Shown here in pieces: positions 12,380 to 29,375 of a DNA stretch of 64,000 nucleotides. The notes beneath the pieces are model-generated. The model did no database searches and had not been told where the DNA came from. It saw only the letters and a program-made list of their open reading frames with translations. The DNA is taken from assembly GCF_009914755.1 (NCBI RefSeq), contig NC_060928.1. One strand, 5' to 3'. The position numbers and the translations under genes were made by a program. The stretch's first letter is position 1, and every line of letters starts with the position of its first letter. This DNA comes from the human T2T-CHM13v2.0 reference genome, Homo sapiens.

Positions 12380-14400
12380 TAAGTATATTAAGCAAAACGA
12401 TTACTAAAGAGAATAAATAAAAAGAAATTACACCTAGACATATTATCATAAAATTGCAGAACATCAAAGACAAAGAGAAGACTTTACAAGAGAAAAAAGA
12501 GAATCTAACAAAGAAATAACAATTAGGCTGAAAACAGACTTCAACGGAAACAATAGAGGCCAATGGTTTGTGGAAATATCTTTAAAGTGCTGAGAGAAAA
12601 TACATCAGTCTAGACTTAAAACAAGAACAAGAGAAAAATAATGACCTGTGTAGAAAGATAAAAACTGAGAGGATTTATTACCAGCAGGATTTTGCCCACT
12701 GGAGCTTCTAAAGGAATACTTTAAGGACAATACTTCTAGAAAGCAGGTCTGAGTTGTAAGAAGGAAAAGGAAGCAAATAAATTGGTAAAATAGTGGCAAA
12801 CCTAAACAATCAATAATACAATAATAAAGTCTAGGGTTTTAAAAGGGCAGCATGTAAAGTAGGAGAGAAGCAACTGGAGTTGTATTTGAAGATCCTCATG
12901 GTATTTGGGAGGCATTTAATATCAGGTTTAGACTGCTGGGTATGCATGGACAATTTCAAAGGTACCCATAAACTAATAAAAACAGTGTACAATTTCTACG
13001 TTTAGAAAAACATTAGCTGCTGTTACAAACCCCCAGATTTCAGTGGCTTAACACATCATTCTCATAACAGTCTAATGTTTGGTTGGCAGGTGGTTTTCCT
13101 CTACACAGACGTTCAAAGACTCGGGTTCTTACCATCTTGTGGCTTCACCAACCATTAGGGTCTTATAATCTTGTGCATCCAGAGAGCAGAAGTGAAAAGG
13201 GGCATGGATGAGGTCCAAGCACTCCCTAAAAGCCTTGGCCCCAACATGGTAAAAGTCACTTCTGTTCACATCCCACTGGTTAGATCTCAGTCACACAGTA
13301 TGTATAACAGCAAATGGTCCTGGAAAATGTGGCTTAGTGAATGCGCAAAAAAAAAAAAATAAATAAATAACAGAGGAGACTAATACATTTTTGAGAGCAG
13401 CTAGGAGGTTCTGTCACAGCTTCCAATCCACTGGGAATAAGAAAACAAACAAAATTCAAACAATTTAAAAAGAAAGACAATAAAAGAGAAAGCGAAATGG
13501 ATAAAAAGGTGTGACAAATATAAATAAAATATTAAGGTAAGGTGACAGTAACAACATCAAACATTCAGCAAGCACGACACATGTAAATTAATCTACCAGT
13601 TAAAAATTAGATATTATAATGTATTTTAAAACAATAACAAAATGAAGCAGTATGCTCTTTATAAGAGGCACACCTAAAACATAAAGACATAAAAGATCGA
13701 CATCATGAGAAAATATTCCAGGCAAATATGAACCTAAATAAAGTTATGTACTACATCAGTATCATTTTAAAATGGACTCCATCCAAAAAAAAGGAATAAA
13801 GAGAGTACCTACACAACGGTAAATTTAACAGGAAAGTATACTAATTCCATATATTTAAATATCTATTAAAATAGCCTCAAATATGTATAGAGCAATATTT
13901 AATAAAAACACAGAAGAAATTAATGAACCCATCATATAGTCAGAGATTCTAAAATATGTTTGATGCAGAGGACATGTGTAGTAATGCCAAATAAAAGTAC
14001 ACACTGTTTTCACATACATATTTCCAAAACCTGTTTATATGTTAAGCCACAAAACCAGTCTCAATGGAGTTCCAACAATAGGTATTATATAGACCATGCC
14101 CGTTAATCACAATGCAATTAAGTTAAAAATCAATTATATAAAAATAAAATCTCCACAGTTAGAAAATTTTAAAGCATTTCTAAATAACCCATGAGTCAAA
14201 GTAAACACTAGAAAATAAATATTTACTTCAGAAAAAAGAAGTATTTACTTCAGTAAGAATGAACCACAGCTCACAACAGGGATGAATCAGAAACATAATG
14301 TGAGGAAAAAAACAAGTTTCATAACTTACATATACCTTACATAATCTTTCATATGTATCATATGTATTACTATGTGATACACTGGCACATATATTTGTGA
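12380..14400 (+). mobile_element. Ancient L1M fragments (ORF1 and ORF2 endonuclease region), split by an MLT1 LTR
   Basis: aaagaaattacacctagacatattatcataaaattgcagaacatcaaagacaaagagaag (ORF1); gttaagccacaaaaccagtctcaa...atcacaatgcaattaagttaaaaatcaa (ORF2). Confidence 0.65.
13010..13420 (-). mobile_element. Old MaLR LTR (MLT1J/K-like)
   Basis: gctgctgttacaaacccccagatttcagtggcttaacac...gtcacttctgttcacatcccactgg. Confidence 0.6.
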
Positions 14401-15519
14401 ACAGTTCAACTACGTGCTCCCTTTACCATTTAAAAATCTTTCTACTTAACAGAAAGTTCCACGGCTATTCACTCTTCTCTTCCCAATCACAGATTAGGAA
14501 GATACTTTAGATACCAGAGTAGTCTGGTGAGACAGGTATATCAGATTCCAGAATAATTAGTCCATCCCAACTGAGATGAGTAAACTGGTAAGTTTCTAGA
14601 GCTTAATGGGTCAGAACAGCTATGAGGTCCCTGTCTAGAATACTTGGCCCTTTCAAAGTAAAATGACAGCAGTAAGAGAACAGAAGTCTTCAGTGTGCTC
14701 TCGAGCCAGTCAGACACAATGTCAGTTAAATAAATTTTAAAAACACAACAGGATTCCAAATATAAAGAAATTAAGATGGCAAACAATAATACAGTATTGT
14801 CACCATTTCTGATTACTGGCAATTTGAAAAAAACCTTTTCTATGATAAAATTTAAAATATACGATCAATATTTTTAAAATTAACATCTTTAAAAGGATTA
14901 AATTTAGTGAAAAGTAGCAGGAACAATGAAATTTGGAATTAAAGTTTCTATCAGAAAAACACCACGGCCTCTCCATCTACTGCCAGAGCTGGCTTTAACA
15001 ATTGACGAATACTTATTCTGCAGGGAATTTGTTGATGCAAAACCAGGAAACAATTTATCTCCACTGGGAATACTTTGAAGAAGGGATTAGAGCGGGGCTA
15101 GGGCAGGGAGGATCTGTAAAAAACAATATTTGCCAAACTAAAAACACATAGGCACACATGGGAATTATTTTACTTTCAACAAGTTCTGAAAGTAGTAACA
15201 AAACCAGGGAGAGTTAAAAGAATAATTTAACACTGATGTTTCAGGAATGCTAAAGGAGACCAGGCATTTAGACTTCATGTTGCTAAGTGTGTTCATCTCA
15301 AATCTAAAAGCCACTTTCATAACAACAACTTTGCTATTCCTTAGCATTTTGTCTCTTTAGGCAGCTTATTTCCCAGTCAAAGTTATAATTTTGTATTCAT
15401 AATACCATAATCATTTCCATGGTAACTTCCTGTGAAGTCACAGAGAAAACACTATTGACTTCTCCTGAGGCTCTGATTTCCCAGTTGAAATCATATGTTG
15501 ATTTTATTTTTTCCAATGT

Positions 15520-15810
15520 AAGTCAAAGATTTACTATTAAAAATCCTGGGGATGAGGTCTTAACACAGAAAACCCATCTGTCGTCGCTACAGAGGCAAGT
15601 AGAGAAACCTAGTAGCACAGGATACTTGGTCCAAACTGCAAGGACCTGTACCAGGAGTCAGTGAACTTGGGTTCACACCCCAGCTCTGACAGCTATGAGA
15701 GAGGAGTCTTTGGACACAGTATCTAATGTTCTCAAGTTTCCCTTTACCCATCTGCAAAATGAAAAAGTATCTCATAATGTTGTGAGAATTAAATGAGAGA
15801 CAATGCTGTC
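15520..15810. mobile_element. MIR fragments
   Basis: aggcaagtagagaaacctag...cttggtccaa and gggttcacaccccagctctgac...cccatctgcaaaatgaa...ttgtgagaattaaatgaga. Confidence 0.55.
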
Positions 15811-16940
15811 AGCTTAAAAAAAAAAAATCTCACTCCCCCAAATTTACAGTTATCTCTGACCTCAGGATATAGATACTGAGTTGCAATGGAAGTACTTATT
15901 CAGCAAATATTTATTAAGGGCCTACTTCGTGTTCTTGGTGCCGGGAAGACAAGGAATAGTGTTAGTGCTTTGGCCCTAACATAAACTGTTTCTTTATCCT
16001 GATGCTTCAGTTTAATGTTTACCTCCCTCCGTAGGAGGCTAGTTCTTGGTATGAGGTCAACCTTGACTCTCAGCCCTCTCTATTTTTCTCTTGTGCCCAC
16101 ATATCAAGGCAAATAGAGTACAAATTTTAAAGCCTCAAACAGTGAGCCTCTGTGGATGAGAAATGAAGTCCAGGCTGGGCAGCACTGTTTCAATTTACCA
16201 TCTCATCTGAAGGAGGGGATGTGGTTCCTTTTAAAGGACAATGTATAATGAATAAAAACCTTCAGCTTACAGCTAGCTTATAATTAGTATTTGGGTTAAT
16301 AACACAGTGACAATTGTCTGAACCTCTGAAAACACAAGGGTAGTAAATACCTACCTTCAGAAACCAAAGCATCAGTTAATTCCAAGCCTGCCTCCCTATT
16401 TCTACAGAAATAACACAATAATTTTACCTAGCAACTTCAAGAAAAGTGGAGAAATAGCTTATGACAAAAAGAAAACCTAACCCCTTTGAATCCCTTAGAT
16501 ATGTTGTTGTCATCAGATACTTAAACTTTGTACCTAAAGTAAAGCTTAATAAATTTACCATTATAAATGTTGAGGTGGTCTTCAATAAAAGAAACTTTAA
16601 AAAACTGGCAATTGTGTGCTTTCTGAGCAGGAAAACAATTTAAAATGTATATATCTAAAGGAAGAAGACATAGCATTCTGTATCTAGATAGCAATGTATA
16701 TCCTCCTGAACACTATTTGGGATAGACAGCTCTTGGAGAAAAAAAGGTCTATGGTAAGCATGGAAGGGCTCTGAGAAGTTCTGCAGCAAAGAAACCTGTT
16801 TATTGTTAAGAAAATGCTAAACAAGCATTTTCCAAAATTATTTGACCAAACGTCTCACAGAAAACACTTAAGAACATGCTGTTATTTAGTAAGCCACACA
16901 TTCACATAGCTGCTAAAGTGTATCACAGAGTATCAACTCA

Positions 16941-17426
<486 letters not shown>

Positions 17427-17589
17427 TTATACCTAGAACAGTATCTGGTACACAAAAATAACTGTGAAACGAATGACTGAATAATCTCCGTAGTTTTCTT
17501 ATCTTCTCTTCCATACTCCCTACAAGATACTAGAGATCTGTGATTCTACAAAATTATGTATTTAGAAGCACATTACAGAAAATAACGCA

Positions 17590-17760
17590 GACACTGGTAC
17601 TAAACAGATAGGGTTTTAAAGTCTGGTTGCACTACTAATTAGCTATGTGACCTTCAGCAATTACTTTTTACAAAACGGGAATAAACTTTTTATCCCACAG
17701 GACTACTATGAAGAAAGCGCCTGGCATAATCTTGGCACATCGAAGGCATTCAAAAAATAC
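17590..17760 (+). mobile_element. MIR fragment
   Basis: actactaattagctatgtgaccttcagcaa...aaagcgcctggcataatcttggcacatcgaaggcattca. Confidence 0.55.
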
Positions 17761-18204
17761 CAGTCGTCTCTCTTCACTCCCTCTAACTCTAACTCATTTT
17801 AACCTCATTTAAACTTTGAGGAAAAAGAACTCAAGGGTAAGTAAAACTTCCTGGTGGATTATCAAATGAGATGAGGTAAACCAAAACAAACAAATCCCAC
17901 AGAGAATATGATGAAAACAGAGTTACTTTCTAAAGACTGCAGCACTGTTCCTCAGGTGCTTCCCAAAGGTTCCGAGTACTGTAGTTTACGTTTCAGGTGT
18001 GCATCTTCTTTTAATCAAACTAATTCAATGAAATTTCCAGCACCTCATTTCATTCAATCATCCTATTCTCTGTCAAAGGTTTTATCTCCCTCAAAATCAA
18101 AACAACATATTTTTATAATAATGTCTCTTTCTCCCAACACTCAAACAAAAAACTTAAACCAAGTTTAACACTCCACATATATTAGAAACAGCATGAAGTA
18201 ATGA

Positions 18205-18580
<376 letters not shown>

Positions 18581-20116
18581 ACCTTCTCCTTTTGAAGAGT
18601 CTGAGCTCATATTTTATCTTGTTTCTGACATTTGAAAAAAAAAATTCTAATATTAAGAAGCTGCTTGCTGATTTTTAAAAAGGCTTCACGAGAGGACTGA
18701 AGTTTCTTTTTCTGGGTCAATCAGTCATTAGTAAACTAAGGAAAAGGAGGAATCATACATTAAAAGGGAAATTTACTAGCAACATGCAGTGGAGTTACCT
18801 GATGTGCTGACAGAGTAACAAGGGAGTGAAGGGAAATAGCTTCATTAAATGAACTATTTATGTTCCAGTAAATCCAGTGTTTTAAAATTCTGACATTTGT
18901 TTTGAAACCAGATTCAGATTTTGTACATAGTATTTCTTTGTTGGCAAGAGCTGGAAGAAAGTTAATGCCAATAAGTCTAGCTTTTTTGCATATGCTTTTT
19001 GTGTGTTAGGGTATCAGAGGACCTATGAATCAGGTCAAAATTAACACCACATGTGTATGTCTTTGGAGAAACAGAAATGACTTGTCAGATTTCTATCATA
19101 AAAACTAATTTATATTTTTGTAATCCCACTGATAAGGTAGTAATAAGCATGGCAACTCTCCCAAGTGCTATCTCTTTTATATTAATAACTGATTTTGTAA
19201 AAATAAGATCAAATCACCAAAAACTGCAGGCCAATTTCCAGGCATGTCAACATACTGCCTGCCCTGAACTCCAGAGCACAGTGCAGCACTGAGCATATCC
19301 TTCTTGGGTTCTTTTTTCCCATTTGCTCTCATTAAAGTGTTGACAAATACGCACCTGTCAGAAAATCTTCAGCATATTTTTTCACTCTGGAAGGAGCCCA
19401 ATGAATGACGTTAGCAGGACTAATAAATTTCTCTTTCCCTTTCTTGAAATTTACCAACGTACCATACCAACACAATGAAATTTTTCTGACTCAAGGAAAG
19501 CAAAAGAGACCCCAGGAATATTTAAAGAATTTCTCAACCACAGATATAGACATGTACAAAACCCATATCCTGACTTGAGAAAACAAACATGTATCCAAAG
19601 GAGATTTCAAATCCTTGGCAAAAATAGCCTATGAAAAAAGCAATTTTTGGCTCATTGGGGACATTTACATTTTGGGCCTTTTACAACTGGTTCTCTCCTT
19701 CACTGCTAACATCACAAAAACAATATATTCATATTTTTAACTGATAGTTTTAAATGGAATACATAGTGATAAAACTGGGGAACACAGCAAATGCAAACAT
19801 TAGTGACAAAGAAAAGTCTCTTTCAAGATCAATAATTTCAAGGATTTTAGAACAGTGGTGCTAAAGAGCATCTCTTGCATATCACAACTCTCAAGAGAAC
19901 ATTAGGAAAATATGATAAAACCTATGGAATCTTCACTGCTATAAATGACAGCACTTCTAAATATTTGAAAATGATATCTTAGCATGCCACACATGATTCA
20001 ATCTAAAATGGATATTTGAAGTCCCACTGGATTCATCCCCCTTTGCAATCATTTAGTGACCCACGCCCACCTAGGAGTTTGCCAGCACTGCCCTAGAGTC
20101 TAATATCCATTCAAGG

Positions 20117-20275
20117 GGCTGGGGGAAGGGGGGTGGTTCACACCCATAATTCCAGTACTTTGGGAAGCCAAGGTGGGAGGATGGCTTGAAGCCAGGAGTT
20201 TGAAACCAGCCTATGCAACATGGTGAGACTCCGTCTCCATAAAAAATTTTTAAAAATTATATAAAAACAAAAAAA
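20117..20275 (+). mobile_element. Alu monomer (FLAM-like)
   Basis: Left arm only plus A-rich tail; TSD-like tccattcaaggg / tccatcaaggg. Confidence 0.8.
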
Positions 20276-20583
20276 GTCCATCAAGGGATTCACTTTAAAT
20301 AAGTGAAGTCAAGAAACATTTGGGACAAGTGCTTATTATGTGCAGTGTTCATCACTGCTGCTACAAAGATAAATTATACAGAGAATCCCTGCCCCAAGCT
20401 AACAGGATACCTTGGGTGCATCAAAGGTCTAACCTTTATAGGGTGCACAGAGGAAAACACACAAGCCATGGGAGACATAAGAAAATGACATGTAGCGTTG
20501 CATTCATTTTACCAGTGGGAAATAAAGAACCAATAAGGTCAATGACAAAATGAATAGAGAATTATCTATTATAAAAAGAAAGA

Positions 20584-21167
<584 letters not shown>

Positions 21168-22392
21168 GTAATTTTAAAGAGAAATGAGATCTAATTTCTG
21201 GATATTATACCATTTGCTAAACCAAAATTCCTACATTTTAAAACAAGTCATATACCAAAACCTTTTAGGATTACACTCTGGCCTCTGAATCAACAATACC
21301 CTAAGAAGAACTGCCAAGACTAGAATTCTGTCCATAGTATGTGGTCAGCTCTGCAGTGGTCTTTCTCATTCTTGAGGCAGTCCAGGTTCTGGATGCTTCG
21401 AGCTTTGCTATGAAGATAAACCCAACTCTAGAATGTGATGGCTGGGCCAGTCCCAGTCAATCTACATCTACGTAAGACACTTGTTTAGAAAGCTCCCTTT
21501 TTCTTAACTCCTTGTCTACTATGTCAAAAGCCAAGACTCAGCAGAGGACAAGAGACAGTTGTTTATACAGGTGCCACTTTCTAAAGGGTCCTCACAGAAG
21601 CAAACCTCTCCCCACAGAGCTGGACTCAGATCACAGGCCTAATGACACCATGGGGGGTGTCAGTAGGGGTGGGGGGATCCTGCACCAAAGAGAGAAGCAG
21701 GGTCCTGGGATGAGGGGGATGGGAACCAAAACAAAATTGAATGAGCATAGACTCTACTTTGCCAGGCTTCCACATCTGGGGGTAGGATGCTATGCACTAG
21801 GTAACATGAAACATACTAAAATAAAAGCATACGTGGAAACGTAAAGATTGAACCCAGAATTGCTTATTTAAGTCCTCAAGTTTTTTTTTTTTTTCCTAAA
21901 AGGAAACCACATTCCTTCACTAACCCTCCTTCATCCCCACCCCCACTGCCTGACCCCAAGTAATAGCCGTTTCTGTCCAGAGTTTAAATGACCTCTGCCC
22001 TTCCACCCACTTTATCTTCTATAGGAATTTCATTCATCCTTTTGTTGCCCACTGGAACACATTGTGCCCTCATTTTCCCTCTCACTTTTAATCATATGCC
22101 TAAAGAAAGTCTTGTAATAGGCAAAGGAAGCAGCAATGGGTAGGGGAGAAAAGATGAAAATTAAGTCCTACTGTGATAAAATTATACTTCTTTTTAGTAG
22201 GACAGACACAAATGTTTCTTAAAAATATGAGTGTATGTGTATGATATAATAATAAATAATTGTTTTCATTCCTAATTACTAAATTAAGAACATATAATCT
22301 AAAAGGCAATTAGTCATCTTAGTTATACCAATTTCACTCTGTCTTAGTGCCCCAAGGAGAAGAGGAGATGACACACACTGAGTTTTGAATCA

Positions 22393-22464
22393 GGCATCAA
22401 ACATCTAGTCTGAAGCTGCATCAGGCTTGGCATCAAACATCTAGTCTGAAGCTGCATCAGGCTT
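22393..22464. repeat. Exact 36-bp tandem duplication
   Basis: ggcatcaaacatctagtctgaagctgcatcaggctt at 22393-22428 and 22429-22464. Confidence 0.97.
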
Positions 22465-22737
22465 GCCTTATCTCTCTGCCTCCTTCATTCAGGTCCAGCT
22501 CCTGGAAAGCTACCCAACATTCATTTCAAGTCCTTTGTAATTCAAGGGAAAGCCAAGAAGTAGGAGTGGGCCTACGCAGAAACCCCTGGGCATGAATAAA
22601 GATTTGAGAACTTTTCTCAAGATAGTTACTGTGACTAAAAAAATAAGCAAGGGACTGAAAAAAAGAAAAAAAAGAAAAGAAAGAAAATGAGACAAAAGAT
22701 GAAAAACACACCAAACAAAATAAAAAATGAGGCAGTA

Positions 22738-23510
<773 letters not shown>

Positions 23511-23522
23511 TTTCTTCATGCC

Positions 23523-23825
23523 CTTTCTTTTATTTTTGGAGACAGGGTCTCACTCTGTTGCCCAGGCTGGAGTGCAATGACACAATCACGGCTCACTGCA
23601 GCCTTGACCTCTCAGGCTCAAGCGATCCTCTCTCCCTAGTCACCCAAGTAGCTGGGACTACAGGCACGCATCACCACACCCAGTTAATTTTTGTATTTGT
23701 GTTTTTTTGTAGAGATGGGGTTCGCCATGTTGCCCAGGCTGGTCTCAAACTCCTGAGCTCAAGCAATATGCCTGTCTTGGCCTCCCAAAATGGTGGCACC
23801 ACAGGCATGAGGCACCATGCCTGGA
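23523..23825 (-). mobile_element. Alu (AluJ-like)
   Basis: gagacagggtctcactctgttgcccagg...gctcactgcagccttgacc...gagctcaagcaat. Confidence 0.93.
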
Positions 23826-24317
23826 CTCTACACGCCATTTTATTAGTTCTCAAACCTCTATTCTGATAGGTCCTTTCCTGCCTTCCTCTCTCACTAATGC
23901 ATCTCCTCCTCAACTCCATCTGGAGTCTTTCTGCTATTTTACCCTTCTCTCCTCTTGCCCTTCCCTCCTACTCTCCTTTCAATATTCATTTCCCTTACAT
24001 ATTTGCATCATCTTATAATGAAGAATTATTTGCATTTGAAAACTGAACTTTACCTTCTAATTCACATGAAGACAAAACACCTTATATGACTACTTGGCTC
24101 ATACTCCAGATATGCTTTAACCTATGATTATTTGTAGAATGATTGAAAAATCTGAGTAAATGCTAATTCTATAAATTACAGTGAAACATTATGCAGATTT
24201 TAATCTATCACTTCCAAAAGTGGTGTAAGCCTCTTTTAAAATTAAATAAAACCCTACTAAAATAGAATTACATTTATGTAAATTATGTATGCAAAATATT
24301 TTCTTTTCATAATAACA

Positions 24318-24698
24318 TGTTAAATTAAGTTTAGCCTAAAGTGGCCTCCTTACATATTTTAGGTTCTGCCTAAAAGTGTCTCCATGCATAGTCGACTGTG
24401 ACCTGACTGGATGTGTAAAAAGACTGTAAACTACCCTTGTGTCAATCACTGAGTTTCAGCCAATTAAAGGCTGTTCCAATATCATATTCAAATAAGGTTC
24501 AAAACATCAAGCTATAATGAAGACAGTTGTTTCTGTACCTCAGTTCCATTTTCTGTACATCACTTTCCTCTCTCTGTCCACAAACCTTCAACCATGCACA
24601 GAGCCGGAGTCTCTCTCAACCTATTCTGGCTCAGGGACTTCCCGATTTGCAAATTGTTCTTTACACAATTTAGCTTGTCTAAGGTTTCACTTTTAACA
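24318..24698 (+). mobile_element. ERV1 solo LTR (MER57-like)
   Basis: tgttaaattaagtttagcctaaag...ttttaaca termini; tgtttctgtacctcagttccattttctgtacatcactttcc resembles the MER57 consensus as I recall it. Confidence 0.85.
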
Positions 24699-24919
24699 CA
24701 TGCATAATTTAGCATAATTATTACTTAATTTTTGTGATGCAGCTTTAATGCTCTCAAAAAACCTCACTTCCTCAAAACATATTTATTTTTATAGAACAAT
24801 GCAAATAAGGACAAAAGACAAAACACTTATATCCTTAAACCCAAAATCCCATAAAATATCTCTACTGACCTTTGGTGAGCAGGATTTAGTATTATGACCC
24901 ATTCTCCAAAGAAGAAACT

Positions 24920-25338
<419 letters not shown>

Positions 25339-25680
25339 CTAAACTGTACTTAGTACAATTCAAATGAAGGCCTGCGTGCTTCTAGAGCATTTTTCATAAT
25401 TAAAAGGGGGGAAGTGTTATGAACAATTAAAGCCTAGATACAGATGTGTGAATGTATGTGTGTGGTTTATGGATGAAAATATTCTCAAGTTTTATTTCAG
25501 TATATGTCAGAGAATCTGTCAGATGCCAATCAAACTGGCACATCACACTGACTCCATCCCAAGTCACCATCTGGATAACTGCACTCCTGACACCATCTCT
25601 TGGAGAGGGGGCTTTTCAATGTAATGAAAATATCAGAAAAATTGCAAAAGTCACTGTTACATGTTTTTTCCCAAATGTAA

Positions 25681-26100
<420 letters not shown>

Positions 26101-26269
26101 TAATTTCTAAAAGATTCTCTGAAATATTTAATCAATTACAAAGAAAAAGTAAAACTTTCTGGCTTGATACAAGAGAATGACACAATAATCCCAGGACTTT
26201 TTAATATTTAAGCAAGTATCTATATGTTTTTTCCCTTTTCATAATTTCCTTCCATTTTTTTCCCTTTTA

Positions 26270-29200
26270 AAAAGACTCTTTTACAGCAGTTTTAGGTTCA
26301 CAGCAAAACTGAGCAGGAAGTACAGAGAGTTCCCATATACTCCTAAACACAGACAAGCACAGCCTCTCCTACAATCAATATCCCTAACCAAAGGGGTACA
26401 TTTCTTACAATCAGTGAACCTACATTGACAAGCATCATCAACCTAAGTCCACAGTTTATATCAGGGTTCCCTCTTGGTGTTCTATGCCATGGTTTTGGAA
26501 AAATGTTTAATCACATGTATCCACCATTACAGAACCATACAGCATAATTTCAGTGTTCAAAAAAATCCTGCGTGCTCAACTTACTCATTCTCCCTGCCCC
26601 TTAACTTCTGGCAACCACTGATCTTTTTACTGTCTCATAGTTTTGCTTTTTCCAGAATGTAATATAGTTCAAAGGACATTTTGGTTGCTTCCAAGTTTTG
26701 GCAGTTATGAGTAAAGCTGTTATAAATATCCATGTGCAGGTTTTTGTAAAGACATAAGTTTTCGACTAACTTAGGCAAACACCAAGCAATGCACTAGATC
26801 ATATAGTAAGAGTATGTTTCGTTTTGTAAGAGACTGCCAAATTGTCTTCCAAAGTGACTGTACCATTCTGCATTTCCACCTGCAATGAATGAGAATTCCT
26901 GTTGATCCACATTCTCACCAGCATTTAGTGTTGTCAGTGTTCTGGATTTCTGTCATTCTAATAGGTACCTGGTGGTAGCTCACTTTAATCTGCATTCCCT
27001 AATGACATGTGTGTGAAGCATCTTTTCATATGCCATATGTATATCTACTTTGGTGAAGTGTCTGTTCAGGTCTTTTGCCCATTTTTCAATCCAATGGTTC
27101 ATTTTCTTACTATTGAGTTTTAACAGTTCTTTGTACATTGTACATTTTAGCTAACAGTCTTTTATCAGATATATCTTTCACAAATATTTTCTCCTAGTCT
27201 GTAACTTGCCTCATATTCTCTTGACAGTGTCTTTTGCAGAGCAGAGTTTTTAACTTTAATGAATTTCAGCTTATCGAATGTTTCTTTCATATACTGTGCC
27301 TTTAGAATGCATCTAAAATGTCACCACCAAATCTAAGTTCATCCAGATTTTCTCTTCTTGGAGTTTCATAGTTTTGTGTTTTACATTTAGATCTGTGGTC
27401 CATTTTGAATTAATTTTTGTGAAGAGTATAACGTCTGTTTCTAGATTCATTGTTTGCATTTGAATGTCCAGTTACTCCAGCAGCCATTTGTTGAAAACAC
27501 TGTCTTTTCTCCATTCTATTATTTTTGCTCCTTTGACAAAAGGTCACTTGACTATATTTATGTGAGTCTATTTCTGGGCTCTCTAATCTAGTTCATTAAT
27601 CTGGTTTGTCTTTCTTTCACCAACACCACACTGGCTTGATTGCTGTAGCTTTACAGTAAGTCTTGAAGTTGGATGGTGTGAGTCCTCTTTGTTTTTCTCC
27701 TTCAATATTGTGTAGGCTATTATGGGGCTTTTGCCTCTTCATATAAACTTCAGAATCAGTTTGTCAATATACACTGATATAGTTTGGATGTCTGTCCCCT
27801 CCAAATCTCATGTTGAAATGTAATCCTCAATGTTGGAGGTGGGGCCTCGAGGGAAGTGTTTGGGTCATGGGGGCGCACCTCTTATGAGTAGCTTGGTACT
27901 GTCCTTGCAATAATGAGTGAGCTCTCACGAGATCTGGCTGTTTAAAAGTGTGTGGCACCTCCTCCCTCACTCTCTTGCTTCTGCTCTTGCCATGTGAGGT
28001 ACCTGCTCCCACTTCATTGTCTGCCATGAGTAAAAGCTCCCTGAGGCCTCACCAGAAGCCAGGCAGATGCCGGCACCATGCTTCCAGTACAGCCTGCAGG
28101 ACTGTGAGCCAATTAAACCTTTTTTTCTTTATAAATTACCCAGCCTCAGATATTCCTTTATAGTGATGCAAAAATGGACTAAAACATCCACAAAACAACT
28201 TGTTTGGATTTTGATTGGGATTGTGTTGAATCTATAGATCAAGTTGGGAAAAAAACTGACATCTTGACAATATTGAGCCTTCCTATCCATGAATGTGGAT
28301 TATCTCTCATTTGTTTTTTATTTCTTTCATCGGATTTTTGTAGTTTTCCTTGCACAGATATTGCATGTTTTGTTAGCTTTATAGCTATAAGTATATAGGT
28401 CCATATATATGTGTATATATATATAAGTATTCATTCTTTTAGGTGCTAATGTAAATGGCAATGTGTTTTTAACTTCTAGTTTCATTTGTTGATGCCATAT
28501 AGAAAAGTGATTGGCTTTTGTGTATTAACCTTGTATCCTTCAACCTTGCTAATTGACTAATAAGGACTAAAAAAACTTTCAGGAGTTTTGTTGTCAATTC
28601 TTTTGGATTTTCTACGTATATTATCATGTCCTCTGTAAACAGACATTTTTATTTCTTCCTTCCCAATCTTTATACCTTTTCTTTTCTTTGTCTTATAACA
28701 TTAGCTAGGACTTCCTGTATAATGTTGAAAAAAAGTGGTGAGAGGGGACATCCTTGTCTTGTTCCTTACCTTAATGAGAAAGCTTCTCTTTTCTCCATTA
28801 AGTATGTTGTTATCTGTAGGATTTGGGGTAAATTTTTTTTCTTATCAAGTTGAGGTAGTCCCCTCTATTGCTAGTTTACTGCCAGTTTTTATCAAGAATG
28901 GGTGTTGAATTTGGTCAAATTCTGCATCTACTGGTATGACCATATAGTTTTTCTTCTTTAGTTTGTTGCTGTGATGGATTACATTAATTGATTTTTCAAT
29001 ACTGAACCAGCCTTGCATACTTAGGATAAATTCCATTTGGTCATTGTGTATAATTCTTTTATACATTGTTGCATTTGATTTGACAATATTTTGGTAAGAC
29101 TTATACACCTATGTTCATGACAGATATTGCAGTTCCTTTTCTTGTAATGTCTTTATCTGGTTTTGGTATTAGGTTAATGCTGGCCTCATACAGTAAGTTA

Positions 29201-29375
29201 CAAAGTATTCCCTCTGCATCTATCTTCTGAAAGAGACTGTAGAGAGTTGGTATAATTTCTTCCTTCAGTGTTTGGTAGAATTCACCACATCTGGGCCTGG
29301 GGATTTGTTTTGGAAGGCTATTAATTACTGATTAAATCTCTTTAATAAATATAGACCTATACAGATTGTCTCTTC
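26270..29375 (-). mobile_element. L1MC-like LINE (3'UTR plus ORF2 relic), interrupted by an MST LTR
   Basis: agcagttttaggttcacagcaaaactgagcaggaagtacagagagttcccatatac 3' end; ORF 28845-29108 resembles L1 RT ([23 protein letters not shown]). Confidence 0.88.
27775..28186 (+). mobile_element. MaLR solo LTR (MSTB-like)
   Basis: tgatatagtttggatgtctgtcccctccaaatctcatgttgaaatgtaatcc...aaaatggactaaaaca; 5-bp TSD tacac/tccac. Confidence 0.9.

Noticed and set aside
24054-24121. Possible 68-nt minus-strand exon (catag|...AAG|GTAAAG)
   Set aside because: Poor pyrimidine tract, frame-shifting length, an in-frame stop and no other support.
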